From: Methanobacteriota archaeon
GTDB lineage: Archaea > Halobacteriota > Methanosarcinia > Methanosarcinales > Methanosarcinaceae
Length of the DNA: 64,000 bases
Assembly: GCA_030054735.1 (NCBI GenBank)
Contig: JASGVX010000003.1
Coordinates: 1,532 to 65,531, forward strand
Direction: 5' to 3'
Positions 1-10,204 of the stretch are shown piece after piece; position 1 is the first letter of the stretch, and the number at the start of each line of letters is the position of its first letter. The notes beneath the pieces are model-generated. The model did not search any database. It saw only the letters and a program-made list of their open reading frames with translations, and was not told the DNA's origin. A program made the position numbers and the translations under genes.

Positions 1-76
1 ATCTTAACTCTTTGTCTTTCAGTTCCGCTGCCCCCTGGCTCTGGCATATTATAGCACTGAAAGCCCAGATAAGATA

Positions 77-250
77 GTCAACTACCCCACGCTAAACCAG
101 GAGGGTTTCCTTCCTTAAAATTCGTGAGTTCCATTCTATCGACCGTTAAATAGTCTCCTTTCCCATGACAAAATACATGAGAAATCGTGGTCATGTAAGG
201 CCATTCTTTGAGCAGGATAACAGCTCCGAGGAAGGAGACTTCCCACTTAG
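77..250. mobile_element. putative IS200/IS605-family (OMEGA-type) end / non-autonomous remnant
   Basis: Begins GTCAACTACCCC...CTAAA...GGGTTTCC (reverse: GGAAACCC...GGGGTAGTTGAC), the typical IS200/IS605 terminal hairpin. GTCTCCTT (~153) can pair with AAGGAGAC (~232). No transposase ORF. Confidence 0.45.
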
Positions 251-406
251 AGTTAAACTCGTAACTATATCAGTTTTTAATTATTATTTTTGAATCTAAT
301 ATTAAAACTGCACACTTAAGTATAAATATTATAATGTTGTAGTGTTTTTAGTTTAATAGTTTATAAAGCGGATGATATCATCTCATTAAAGGGGGGTCTG
401 ATCACG

Positions 407-3334
407 ATGATATCTCATAAGTTTAAACAGTATTCAAAATATGGACTAGTTCTCATACTTATGCTAAGTATGCTTAGCACTGCGCATGCAGATGCAAATC
501 AAATTGTATATTATAACTGGTGTGAAGACACTGGAAATACTATAGTTGACAATTCCGGATATGGAAATAATGGTATAAATTATGGCAGCACAACCTTTAT
601 TCTTCCAACAGGACAAACAGCAAGACATTTTAACGGACAAAACAGAGTAATAATACCTGAAAATGAGCAGTTAGCGTTCACTGATCCGCGTATAACATTT
701 GGGGTCTTTTTCTCTTATAATGACAATAATCCGACAAATTGTACATATCTGGTTTCTAAAGGCAATGACAGATGCAGGATCATCATTGACCATACAGATT
801 CAACCATAAAGTATGAAATTTACGCAGACGGTCATATTATTTCTGGTCACAGTGATTGTCAGATTGAGCCTGATGAGGATTATGAAGCTATTGTGACCTA
901 CGATGGTTCTAATGCTCAACTGTACATCAATGGAATTGCCAGTGGAAAAAGCGTGAATTATACGGCAGCTGCTTTAGATTCCAGCTATAAAACTGATATC
1001 TGGACGATAGGATCATCTCCTGGTGCAGAGTACGGGTTAAATGGGAATATATATGCTTTTTATGAGTATAACAGAACACTAAATTCATCAGAGGTCCTGG
1101 ATTTATACGTCAATGATCTCCACAGAATAAGGGCTTCAGATAGGCCAGGAGGCATTGCCCTATCCTGGGACGATGCAGGGAATATTCATAGCTGCTATAA
1201 ATATCTGCCAATGTTCCAGAAGTATAACGCTACATGCACCATGAATGCAAACAAAGTGAGTCACAGGCAACAGAATGTAATAGATGAACTGGGCAAGCTT
1301 CATTCAGCTGGATGGGAAATTGCTACACACGGGCACAATCACAAAAATGCAATTATTTTTCTAAACAATAGCACTACTCAAGAGTGGCTGGACCAGGAAA
1401 TTTTCCCGAACATCGTAGAATTGACCCGTTATGGTTATCCAGTTTGTACTCATGCATATCCCAATTCGGCCAGAAATCGAACTACCGATGCGTTACTATC
1501 TCCATATTTCCGGACGCTCAGGACAAGAACTCCTAATGTTATAAATGGTAACGTAAATGAAACACTTCTGGCTTATTACGACTGGGACAATGACCAACTT
1601 CTGTATGGTGTAGAAATAGATGACTGGTCAGGTGTTAGTTTACAGTCTATAGAATATGGAATAGACCGCGCAATAAAAACAGGTACTGTACTGGTGTTAT
1701 TTGGGCATGATATTACTTCAAACGTTACTAGAAAATATCAAACATCAGATTCAAGATTGGAATCAATTCTAAATTATACCAGCCAGAACGGCGGAGTATT
1801 TTATAACATGGGAGATCTGGGCAAATCGACCTGGGTAAGGCCTGCCAGGTTCTCTGACGTGACTGCAAAATTTACAGTTTCTGCAGACAATGTATCTGCC
1901 GGTGAAAGTGTGATTTTTAAAGATCACAGCATCAACCAGACCACCGAACTGCTCGATTTTGGGGATGGTTCGCCTGTTAGCAGTACTGCAAATATCGCTC
2001 ATATATATACTAAACCAGGAAATTATACGGCTAATCTAACGGTAGCAAATGACGTTTCAAGCCACTCAATGCTTAAAACAATTAAGGTAATTCTACCGCC
2101 AGCTCCAGTTGCGAATTTCACTTCAAATATAACATCTGGAAATGTCCCATTAACTGTCCAGTTTAGTGATATAAGTACCGGATATCCAACTGCATGGGAC
2201 TGGGACTTTGGAGACGGAAGCAGTTCAGTTGAGCAGAATCCAGTGCATATCTACTCAGCAGCAGGGAACTTTACGGTTACCCTGAGAGTAAGTAACGTGG
2301 AAGGCGCGGATTCAAAAGCTGCTGTTATAACTGTACTGCAAAAACAGGGAAGAGATGAAACTATTGTGCTTCCTGAAGCAGACTTCAGTACAAGTGTTAC
2401 AGGTGGCTATGCTCCCCTTTCAGTGGCTTTTACTGACCTTTCGAACAACACAACATCAAGGAGCTGGGACTTTGGAGATGGAAGCAGTTCAGTTGAGCAG
2501 AATCCAGTGCATATCTACTCAGCAGCAGGAACTTACACAGTTACTCTGACCGCATACAATGATTACGGCCAGGCTACAAAAACTGCCCGGATTTTTGTAG
2601 ATAGAGAGCGCAGTAGTGGAAGCGGCGGAAGTGGAGAAAGTGGAGGAAGTGGCGGTGGAGGTGGCGGCGGCTCGCCAGAACCTGCAAAAAACGTTGAGGT
2701 AAAGGAACTTTCCCAGGTTTTCATCACAAATGGAAACAACGTGAAGTTTGATTTCCCAAAAAATGTCACTGCAATTGTTAATTTAAGCTTTGATCCAAAG
2801 AAGACTGCTGGCAAGACAACGACCATTGTTGAAATGCTGAAAAATAAATCCACGCTCACCCCGGATGCACCTCAGGGCGAAGTCTACAGGTACCTGAATA
2901 TCTGGGTTGGAAACAGCGGGTATGCAAATTCAAGGAATATTGAAAATGCAATTGTATGCTTCAGGGTTAAAAAATCCTGGATTGAGGATCAAAGCATTGA
3001 CCAGTCTTCAATTATCCTGCACAGGTACAGTGATAAGAAATGGAATGAACTTCCAACCACTCTGCTCAGAGAAGATGATAGGTATCTTTATTTCACATCT
3101 GAAACTCCGGGATTCTCGTCCTTTGCAATTACGGCAAAAAAGATCGTAATTAAAATGCCGACTGACAATGAGAATCCCGAAAAATACGGAAGTATCAAAT
3201 CAGATATTAAAAAGGAGACAGATCAGGCAGGAAACACAAGCATTTCTCAAAAAGAAAACTTAAGTATTTCTGGATTTGAAATGATTTACTGTATTTTCGG
3301 GCTGATTGGAGTGTTAATGTATAGAAGAAGATAA
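407..3334 (+). CDS. secreted surface protein: LamG/ConA-like + polysaccharide deacetylase + 3 PKD + PGF-pre-PGF domain + C-terminal TM anchor
   Basis: Signal peptide; LSWDD and EIATHGHNH deacetylase motifs; WDFGDGS PKD motifs; Gly-rich linker then SPEPAKNVEVKELSQ; TPGFSSFAI; C-terminal SGFE-TM-RRR. Confidence 0.85.
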   Translation: MISHKFKQYSKYGLVLILMLSMLSTAHADANQIVYYNWCEDTGNTIVDNSGYGNNGINYGSTTFILPTGQTARHFNGQNRVIIPENEQLAFTDPRITFGVFFSYNDNNPTNCTYLVSKGNDRCRIIIDHTDSTIKYEIYADGHIISGHSDCQIEPDEDYEAIVTYDGSNAQLYINGIASGKSVNYTAAALDSSYKTDIWTIGSSPGAEYGLNGNIYAFYEYNRTLNSSEVLDLYVNDLHRIRASDRPGGIALSWDDAGNIHSCYKYLPMFQKYNATCTMNANKVSHRQQNVIDELGKLHSAGWEIATHGHNHKNAIIFLNNSTTQEWLDQEIFPNIVELTRYGYPVCTHAYPNSARNRTTDALLSPYFRTLRTRTPNVINGNVNETLLAYYDWDNDQLLYGVEIDDWSGVSLQSIEYGIDRAIKTGTVLVLFGHDITSNVTRKYQTSDSRLESILNYTSQNGGVFYNMGDLGKSTWVRPARFSDVTAKFTVSADNVSAGESVIFKDHSINQTTELLDFGDGSPVSSTANIAHIYTKPGNYTANLTVANDVSSHSMLKTIKVILPPAPVANFTSNITSGNVPLTVQFSDISTGYPTAWDWDFGDGSSSVEQNPVHIYSAAGNFTVTLRVSNVEGADSKAAVITVLQKQGRDETIVLPEADFSTSVTGGYAPLSVAFTDLSNNTTSRSWDFGDGSSSVEQNPVHIYSAAGTYTVTLTAYNDYGQATKTARIFVDRERSSGSGGSGESGGSGGGGGGGSPEPAKNVEVKELSQVFITNGNNVKFDFPKNVTAIVNLSFDPKKTAGKTTTIVEMLKNKSTLTPDAPQGEVYRYLNIWVGNSGYANSRNIENAIVCFRVKKSWIEDQSIDQSSIILHRYSDKKWNELPTTLLREDDRYLYFTSETPGFSSFAITAKKIVIKMPTDNENPEKYGSIKSDIKKETDQAGNTSISQKENLSISGFEMIYCIFGLIGVLMYRRR
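2200..2529 (+). repeat. two near-identical ~66-bp PKD-coding segments (2200-2265, 2464-2529)
   Basis: ctgggactttggaga(c/t)ggaagcagttcagttgagcagaatccagtgcatatctactcagcagcagg occurs twice. Confidence 0.9.
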
Positions 3335-3731
3335 AATTGAATAATTTGAAGTTAGATGGTGGGGCTAACCGCCCTGCTATCTAATTATTTATGGATAACA
3401 AATATATAATTTCAAGTATTTATGTTCCCTCTCTACTGTTGCTGACTATACTTATTGCATAATGAGGGAGGTTACAGAAGTAAAAGTGGAAATTAATTCT
3501 AAAGTCGTAACTCAAATTGCCAGGATGAACGAAGTTAAGGCCAGGATATATAAGGTTGATGGAGAAGAATTGTGAAAAATACTACTTTTGAGTGGAGATC
3601 TGAAGAAAGTCAGTCGTAGCCAGGAGCCTTTATTTTTCAATATCTTTGAAACTCCGGTATAAAGAAGAGAAAAGCAAGAAATATTAATGATAGATATTAA
3701 ACGGAGACTTGAGAAAAAGAAGGAGTAAAAA

Positions 3732-4190
3732 TCACCTTTGCTTTCTTGCTCTTGATTTTTCTTTTTGTCTTTCCTTCTGCTGGTTAAAAACAGAGGGCAG
3801 ATGGAGAGCATATGAACCTTCTTCCCTGATTGCCATAACGAGCTCTTTCCGCTCTAAAAGGGAATCCAGATTAAGTTCATAAGAGCCAGGGCCAAGAATC
3901 CTTACGGACTCCACCCTTTCCCCCTCAGTTTCATTTTCATATTCTGGCTGCTGCTCACTATCTTTTTCTTCGGATGCAAGAGCTTCGTCAATATTCCTGA
4001 CAACCTCATCCAGAGAGGCTTCAAGATCCAGTTTTTGTTCTTCCAGAGCAGGCGTCCCCTGGTTTTCCAAACCCTCTGGCTCTTTTTTCACATAGAGGAA
4101 CTTGTTCCAGCCACAGCTCGGGCAGCCGCTGAGGATTACAGAATCCCCGTCTTCAAAAATGGATCCGCATCTGGTACATCTATGGGGCAT
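3732..4190 (-). CDS. Zn-ribbon domain protein (DUF2072-like)
   Basis: MPHRCTRCG...GCPSCGWNKFLYV N-terminus; ESVRILGPGSYELNL. Confidence 0.8.
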   Translation of the reverse strand: MPHRCTRCGSIFEDGDSVILSGCPSCGWNKFLYVKKEPEGLENQGTPALEEQKLDLEASLDEVVRNIDEALASEEKDSEQQPEYENETEGERVESVRILGPGSYELNLDSLLERKELVMAIREEGSYALHLPSVFNQQKERQKEKSRARKQR

Positions 4191-4564
4191 GAGTTCACCG
4201 AAATCAATAATATGAACGTAATTGCTGCAGTTTGTAACCGTCTATAAGACGCTGTATATTAATTAGATTTATATCTTAAATTAATTTATTAAATTGGCCA
4301 CTTAGAGGGTAATTGAATTAGATATGAAATTGATTTTTATATAGAATAAACACGTATATCAGCATTTGATACATATTCAGTTATCTAAATAATATCTTAA
4401 ATAAGTACCTTTAATAAATATGTATATTCGTATTTACAGTTTTTTTATTTAATAAGTTTATATTAATATCAACCACTGGCTTTTTAGCACCCTTACCGGC
4501 TACAATCTTTTTGTTTGTAATATAAGGAAAATTATCAAGACTCAAGCAGGTAATAAAGTTTCTA

Positions 4565-5290
4565 TCATAAAAGTCTCCAGCACTTCTTCCCGTCAATAAG
4601 ATCAGACCTGGTCCTACCGACCCTATCCATCTCCTCCAGAACTTCTGGAAGCCTGCCGGGTTGAGTAATCTCAAAAACGATCGGATCGAGTGCATGATTT
4701 ACGTAAAGGCTGTGTTTAATATCTTCAAGACTCCAGAGCTTTCCAGAATCTTTTCTCATGCATTTTGTCAAAATACTTATCATATCTTCCATAAAATTCC
4801 AGGGATAGACGATCCATGCCCAATCCTCAAGCCGCTCTCCAATGTAATCAGGATCGATTTTCGAGCTCCCCATATATTGTAAAGAAGCGGTTCGAACCTC
4901 TTTCGGATTCTTGCTTTCTACATAAGCTTTAGCGCTGATCATACTTTCCCCTGTATCCACAACGTCGTCTACAATAAGAACTCTTTTGCCTTCGACCACA
5001 TCGTCTGAGAGAGGGTATCGTATATATGGTTCGCCAGTGTTAATGGCTGCATCCCCTATATAATGCTCGATTTTAAGACTGGAGAGGTCATCAAGACCCA
5101 GGAAATCACACAGCACACGTCCTGCAAACCAGCCTCCTCTGGCAAGTGCAATAATAACATCCGCTTCATACCCGGAGTTTTTGACTTCTCTTGAAATATT
5201 TCGGCACAGGTTGTAAATATAGTCCCAGTTCGTAAGCACACATCTAAACGATTCTATGTAAAACCCTCCCGGATCCGAAACCCGGTGCAT
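4565..5290 (-). CDS. purine-type phosphoribosyltransferase
   Basis: IIALARGG and VLIVDDVVDTGES PRPP-binding motif; WIVYPW. True start uncertain. Confidence 0.85.
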   Translation of the reverse strand: MHRVSDPGGFYIESFRCVLTNWDYIYNLCRNISREVKNSGYEADVIIALARGGWFAGRVLCDFLGLDDLSSLKIEHYIGDAAINTGEPYIRYPLSDDVVEGKRVLIVDDVVDTGESMISAKAYVESKNPKEVRTASLQYMGSSKIDPDYIGERLEDWAWIVYPWNFMEDMISILTKCMRKDSGKLWSLEDIKHSLYVNHALDPIVFEITQPGRLPEVLEEMDRVGRTRSDLIDGKKCWRLL

Positions 5291-5567
5291 TGATCAGAAA
5301 ATTATACTGTTTTAGGAGCACTCATGTCAAGGCTCCACATTCGAGATTATATAATTCAGCCATAGGCTTTAAGTTTTCTTATTTTGTAAGAACTTCTTTG
5401 AAATCGACTGAATAGTTTTGAAATCGGTTAAAAAGAAACAATTTAAACTGAATTAAGAACTTTACTGATAATTTACTGTGAGCAGAATTTCGAAAAAAAT
5501 CTTTAAATTAAAAACTTCTTTAAACTAAAGACTTATACTACTGCTTTATATCCTGAGTTCCCAAAAT

Positions 5568-5694
5568 TTAAGCGCATAAATCTAATTTCACTAATCTACT
5601 ATCTCAGATGATTGTTATTTTAAATTAGAACTTACTATTCATGCGCTTAAGTTTAAGCACATAATAAGATATCAGAAGAACCTTATGCGCTTAA
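5568..5694. promoter_or_regulatory. four copies of TTAAGCGCAT, putative operator array
   Basis: Forward 5568-5577, reverse 5641-5650, forward variant 5653-5662, reverse 5685-5694; lies upstream of the wHTH gene. Confidence 0.55.
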
Positions 5695-5815
5695 AAAGGC
5701 GGAAGTTAGGTTATATTGCTGCCTCCGTAAATAACTGGCTCAAAAGAGCTTCCAGAAAGCAGGGAGAGTCAAAAATAATATCTCCTCATAGGTGCGAATC
5801 CGGAAAGTGAAAACA

Positions 5816-6598
5816 ATGGATAAAATGTTGATAGACTTACTCTTTATGTCCCAGAAAAGAAAGGACCTTTTGCTCCTTCTCAAAGATGGAGAAAGGACAA
5901 TAGAAGAAATCGTAGATCTTCTTAATGTCACTCAAACAGGGATGCTCCCACAAATCAAAAAATTAAAGGATGAATTTCTGGTTATTCAGGACGATAGAAA
6001 ATACAGGCTTACACCTCTGGCAGAAATTCTGGTAGAAAAAATGCAGCCTTTGATTGACACTCTTGAAGTCATTGAAGAAAATAAAATTTTCTGGCAAGAG
6101 CGCGACCTGAGTGATTTGTCTCCAGCCTTTCTTGAGAGACTTAACGAACTAAAACCATATTCTCTTGTAAAACCCGATCCTGAAAAAATTTTCGAGATCC
6201 CTTCAGTATTTCTGAAAAACATAGAGAAATCAAAAAACATATTGTCTTTATTTTCAATATTCCATCCGGCACTCTCAGGGATATTTCTTAGAATTGAAGA
6301 CGATAACATTGAAATTAGCCTTATAGTAACGAAAAGAATTTATGAAAGATTAAAAAACGATTTTCAGGAAGAACTGAAACTTTATCTGGCCAGGAAAAAC
6401 AAACAGCTTTTTGTTTGCTCTGACGAAATGAAAATAGCTATGATAACAAAAACTGACTGTTTCATGATGGCTGACTTCCTTACATGGAAAGGAAACTACG
6501 ATCAGCAAAGTATCATGGCTTTTGAACCCGCTTCTCTGAAATTAGCTGAAGATCTTATTCTCCATTACAAAGACAGAGCTCAGAAGATAAAGGGGTGA
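5816..6598 (+). CDS. ArsR-like winged-helix transcriptional regulator with DUF1724-type C-terminal domain
   Basis: SQKRKDLLLLLKDGERTIEEI...PQIKKL...YRLT pattern typical of the Methanosarcina wHTH family. Confidence 0.8.
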   Translation: MDKMLIDLLFMSQKRKDLLLLLKDGERTIEEIVDLLNVTQTGMLPQIKKLKDEFLVIQDDRKYRLTPLAEILVEKMQPLIDTLEVIEENKIFWQERDLSDLSPAFLERLNELKPYSLVKPDPEKIFEIPSVFLKNIEKSKNILSLFSIFHPALSGIFLRIEDDNIEISLIVTKRIYERLKNDFQEELKLYLARKNKQLFVCSDEMKIAMITKTDCFMMADFLTWKGNYDQQSIMAFEPASLKLAEDLILHYKDRAQKIKG

Positions 6599-6847
6599 AT
6601 TCTGACAAAAAGATTGTCGAGAAAACTCTTGGTCTCAAAGTATGTCTCAAAGTATATTTTTCCCGCCTTTACAGGCAAATAGTGCCCTGATTTTCCTGCA
6701 TGCCTTTTCAACATGTATATACGTCGATTTGGGATTGAAGCTGCGAACAAAACTGAAGTCTAAGCAAAATATAAATTCAAAAAGGTTTATTTTTTAACCT
6801 ATATTAAAAAGAATAAAAAATGTTTAAAAGGAATCAGAGGGAAATAC

Positions 6848-7729
6848 ATGAAAGGAAAAATCAGAGGGAAATACATGAAAGGAAAAATAAATGACAGGCA
6901 CTTAATAAATGCAAGGTCTACAAAAACTGTGAAATTGATAGCATTCCTGTTTGTGATCATTACAGTTGCATTTTCCGGTTGTGTTGACAATAAGCAAAAC
7001 AATACGGGTAACGAAACCGAAAGTCCAGTAAATGATAGCCAGAACACCAGTGGACAAGAATACACATATGGTATGGCAAATGTGGAAAATATTGATATTA
7101 TGATTCTGGAATCTTTCCCGGTGCAGATAGTTGTGGAAGCAGAAGGCTACCTGCCTGATGGATGCACTGAGATTGATAAAATAAGTACGCAAAAAGAAGG
7201 AAATAATTTCAATATCACTTTCACGACAAAGCGTCCAAAAGATGCAATGTGCGCCCAGGCTATAGAGGGCTTTACAAAAACGATTCCTCTTGAAGTCCAG
7301 GGCCTCAGCGCCGGAAATTATACCGTAAATGTAAACGGAGTAAACGGATCTTTTGAGCTTGCTGTTGATAACACGTTAGACGAATTTCCAGCTCCATCAG
7401 GACAGAAGGAAATAACCGAGTCTGGTAACGGAACAACTGTAAGCCTCAAAAAAGGAGAAACTTTTTACCTGAGACTTAAAGAAAACCCAAGCACAGGCTA
7501 TGAATGGAAACTCAACCTGAGCAAGGGACTCAGTCAGGTTTCGGACAGGTACTATCCCCCGGAATCAAAAAAAGGCATAAGACCTCTTATTGGGGCCGAA
7601 GGAGTCCATGAGTGGAAAATAAAAGCGGACTCCGAGGGAAAACAGCTGATAACAGCTATATATAAAAAGTCCTGGGAAAATGAAACTGGCACGGAAGACA
7701 GATTTACACTTAACGTCGAAGTGGTCTGA
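6848..7729 (+). CDS. lipoprotein with C-terminal chagasin/I42 protease-inhibitor domain
   Basis: Lipobox AFSGC; ENPSTGYEW and G..G..EW chagasin motifs. True start probably downstream (GTG ~6929). Confidence 0.8.
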   Translation: MKGKIRGKYMKGKINDRHLINARSTKTVKLIAFLFVIITVAFSGCVDNKQNNTGNETESPVNDSQNTSGQEYTYGMANVENIDIMILESFPVQIVVEAEGYLPDGCTEIDKISTQKEGNNFNITFTTKRPKDAMCAQAIEGFTKTIPLEVQGLSAGNYTVNVNGVNGSFELAVDNTLDEFPAPSGQKEITESGNGTTVSLKKGETFYLRLKENPSTGYEWKLNLSKGLSQVSDRYYPPESKKGIRPLIGAEGVHEWKIKADSEGKQLITAIYKKSWENETGTEDRFTLNVEVV

Positions 7730-8143
7730 ACTGTGATTTAGCTTTTCATGCCTCTGCATCTTTTTATCTTCAAGTAAGTAAGAGAGCAAGGGCATGAAAA
7801 AGTTTTATTCCGCACCGGCCACAATTCAATCCTCCAGAGTTTTCACAGGAGCCCAGGAGTTTGTTTTAAGTCTTTTAGACAGCTGCCGCAGACATACGAC
7901 GTTCCTATCTGTGTACACACAGGTATATTTACATCTTCCCTGTGTTCTTAGTCTTCCGGATTTCCGGAATAGCTTTCGCAGTAAACTCCACAATTGACCT
8001 CACTATAGGCCCCGAAAAAACCTGTATGGAAAATGTTAAAAATGAAATTTGAAATAAAGCCAGATAAATTGAGTTGAAACTGTGAAAACTCCAAAGTGGA
8101 GGCATAAGTACCCCATATTTTACATGAAGATTGAGAAGCCGGG

Positions 8144-8157
8144 CGAAAAGTATATAA
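8144..8157 (+). promoter_or_regulatory. BRE/TATA promoter of the tRNA-iMet pair
   Basis: cgaaaagtatataa about 60 nt upstream of the first tRNA. Confidence 0.6.
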
Positions 8158-8218
8158 GCAATCGTTAGTATGTTCTGATAGCTGTCTCAGGCAGAGTGCC
8201 TGATGTATAAAATCCCGC

Positions 8219-8293
8219 AGCGGGGTAGGGTAGCCAGGAGATCCCGACGGGCTCATAACCCGTAGACCGATGGTTCGAATCCATCCCCCGCTA
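8219..8293 (+). tRNA. tRNA-Met (CAT), initiator
   Basis: AGCGGGG...CCCCGCTA; A1:U72 pair, GGG/CCC anticodon stem, CTCATAA loop, GGTTCGAATCC. Confidence 0.97.
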
Positions 8294-8361
8294 TAAGAGG
8301 AGCTTCAGATAACTCTTTTCCTGATGATAATTTTCTTTTTTAAAAGAATCACAAGCCCCGT

Positions 8362-8436
8362 AGCGGGGTAGGGTAGCCAGGAGATCCCGACGGGCTCATA
8401 ACCCGTAGACCGATGGTTCGAATCCATCCCCCGCTA
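8362..8436 (+). tRNA. tRNA-Met (CAT), initiator, second identical copy
   Basis: Identical 75-nt sequence 143 bp downstream. Confidence 0.97.
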
Positions 8437-8790
8437 TAGAAAACAATTTTCAGAAATTATTTTTTCGTAACTAAGGCTTTTAATACATCAGGCTTTGTTC
8501 TATACTTCGATTTTTCATATCCGAGCGGTTATTTATATTCGGAGCATTCAATCTTATCTAATTCAAATCCCATCTTAAATCCTGTTATACCTTCATAGCT
8601 TTTCAAGCATCAAAAACTAAAAGGCTTATTAAATAAAGATGGCTTCTTATTACAGGATAAAATAAATGCAAAAAAGATCACCTTCTTATAAAGGTAAAAA
8701 AAGCCAGAAAAAGCAACCTTGCACAAACTGATAAACTAAATTTAACTTATCTTTTTATCCATCCTCAAAATTAAGCAGGACGATTCTCAT

Positions 8791-10122
8791 ATGGTAATGG
8801 AAAAACTGGGAGACTCCTTACAGGGAGCACTAAAGAAGCTGATCGGCGCAGGGAGAATTGATGAGCGCACGGTCAATGAAGTAGTAAAGGATATTCAGCG
8901 CGCTCTGCTCCAGGCCGACGTTAATGTAAAGCTTGTCATGGGGATGTCGCAGAGAATCAAAGAGCGTGCAATGAAAGAAGACCCTCCTGCGGGTATGAAT
9001 CCAAGGGAGCACGTAATCCGCATTGTATATCAGGAATTAATGGAAATCATTGGGAAAGGAGCCGATATCAAGCTCAAGCCCCAGACAATCATGATGGTAG
9101 GACTGCAGGGAAGCGGAAAAACCACAAGTGCTGCAAAACTTGCCCGCTATTTCCAGAGAAAAGGGCTTAAAGCAGGTGTTGTTGCCGCTGATACCTTCCG
9201 TCCCGGAGCTTACCAGCAGCTCAAGACCCTCTCTGAAAAGCTCAATGTGGGTTTTTACGGAGAAGAAGGAAATCCAGATGCTGTTGAGATTACAAAACAT
9301 GGGCTTAAAGCGCTTGAAAAATACGATATAAAAATAGTGGACACTGCAGGCAGGCACGCCCTTGAAGCTGACCTGATAGAAGAAATGGAGAGAATCCATG
9401 CTATTGCAAAACCTGACCACAAGTTCATGGTCCTGGACGCAGGTATAGGGCAGCAGGCAAGCCAGCAGGCTCATGCTTTCAATAATTCTGTAGGGATCAC
9501 AGGCGTTATTATCACAAAGCTGGACGGGACAGCAAAAGGTGGTGGAGCGCTCTCAGCCGTTGCCGAAACAAAGGCACCGATTGCTTTTATAGGAGTTGGG
9601 GAAACCCCGGAAGACTTTGAGAAGTTCGAAGCCGACAGGTTCATTTCAAGGCTGCTTGGAATGGGAGACCTCAGGAGCCTTATGGAAAAGGCAGAGGAGA
9701 GTCTGAGCGAAGAAGAGATCAATGTTGAAGCCCTTATGCAGGGGCGTTTTACCCTGAAAGACCTGTACAAGCAGCTCGAAGCAATGAATAAAATGGGGCC
9801 CCTAAAGCAGATTATGTCAATGCTCCCAATGGGTTTGGGAGGAATGGGGGGCATGAAACTATCAGACGAAATGTTCCAGGCTACCAGTGACAAAATGAAA
9901 AACTATAAGGTCATCATGGACTCAATGACAGAAGAAGAAATGACAGATCCCAAACTTATAGGTGCCTCGCGGATTAAAAGGATCTCAAGAGGCTCGGGCC
10001 GTAGCCCTGAAGACGTGAGGGAGCTTCTGAAGTACCATAAAACCATGCAGACGGCTTTGAAAGGCTTTAGAGGCGGGAAATTCAATATACAGAAAATGAT
10101 GAAGAAAAAACTCGGGATGTAA
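8791..10122 (+). CDS. srp54: signal recognition particle protein SRP54
   Basis: [25 protein letters not shown]; Met-rich M domain. Confidence 0.97.
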   Translation: MVMEKLGDSLQGALKKLIGAGRIDERTVNEVVKDIQRALLQADVNVKLVMGMSQRIKERAMKEDPPAGMNPREHVIRIVYQELMEIIGKGADIKLKPQTIMMVGLQGSGKTTSAAKLARYFQRKGLKAGVVAADTFRPGAYQQLKTLSEKLNVGFYGEEGNPDAVEITKHGLKALEKYDIKIVDTAGRHALEADLIEEMERIHAIAKPDHKFMVLDAGIGQQASQQAHAFNNSVGITGVIITKLDGTAKGGGALSAVAETKAPIAFIGVGETPEDFEKFEADRFISRLLGMGDLRSLMEKAEESLSEEEINVEALMQGRFTLKDLYKQLEAMNKMGPLKQIMSMLPMGLGGMGGMKLSDEMFQATSDKMKNYKVIMDSMTEEEMTDPKLIGASRIKRISRGSGRSPEDVRELLKYHKTMQTALKGFRGGKFNIQKMMKKKLGM

Positions 10123-10204
10123 TAATTCCGAGCCCTTTTTTAATTTGTAACTTAATAACTGACCTTATTTTTGATTCATTAGCAAGGACCAGTACTTATT
10201 AAGG

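Noticed and set aside
7948-8256. 102-aa minus-strand ORF
   Set aside because: Overlaps tRNA-iMet antisense; no protein features.
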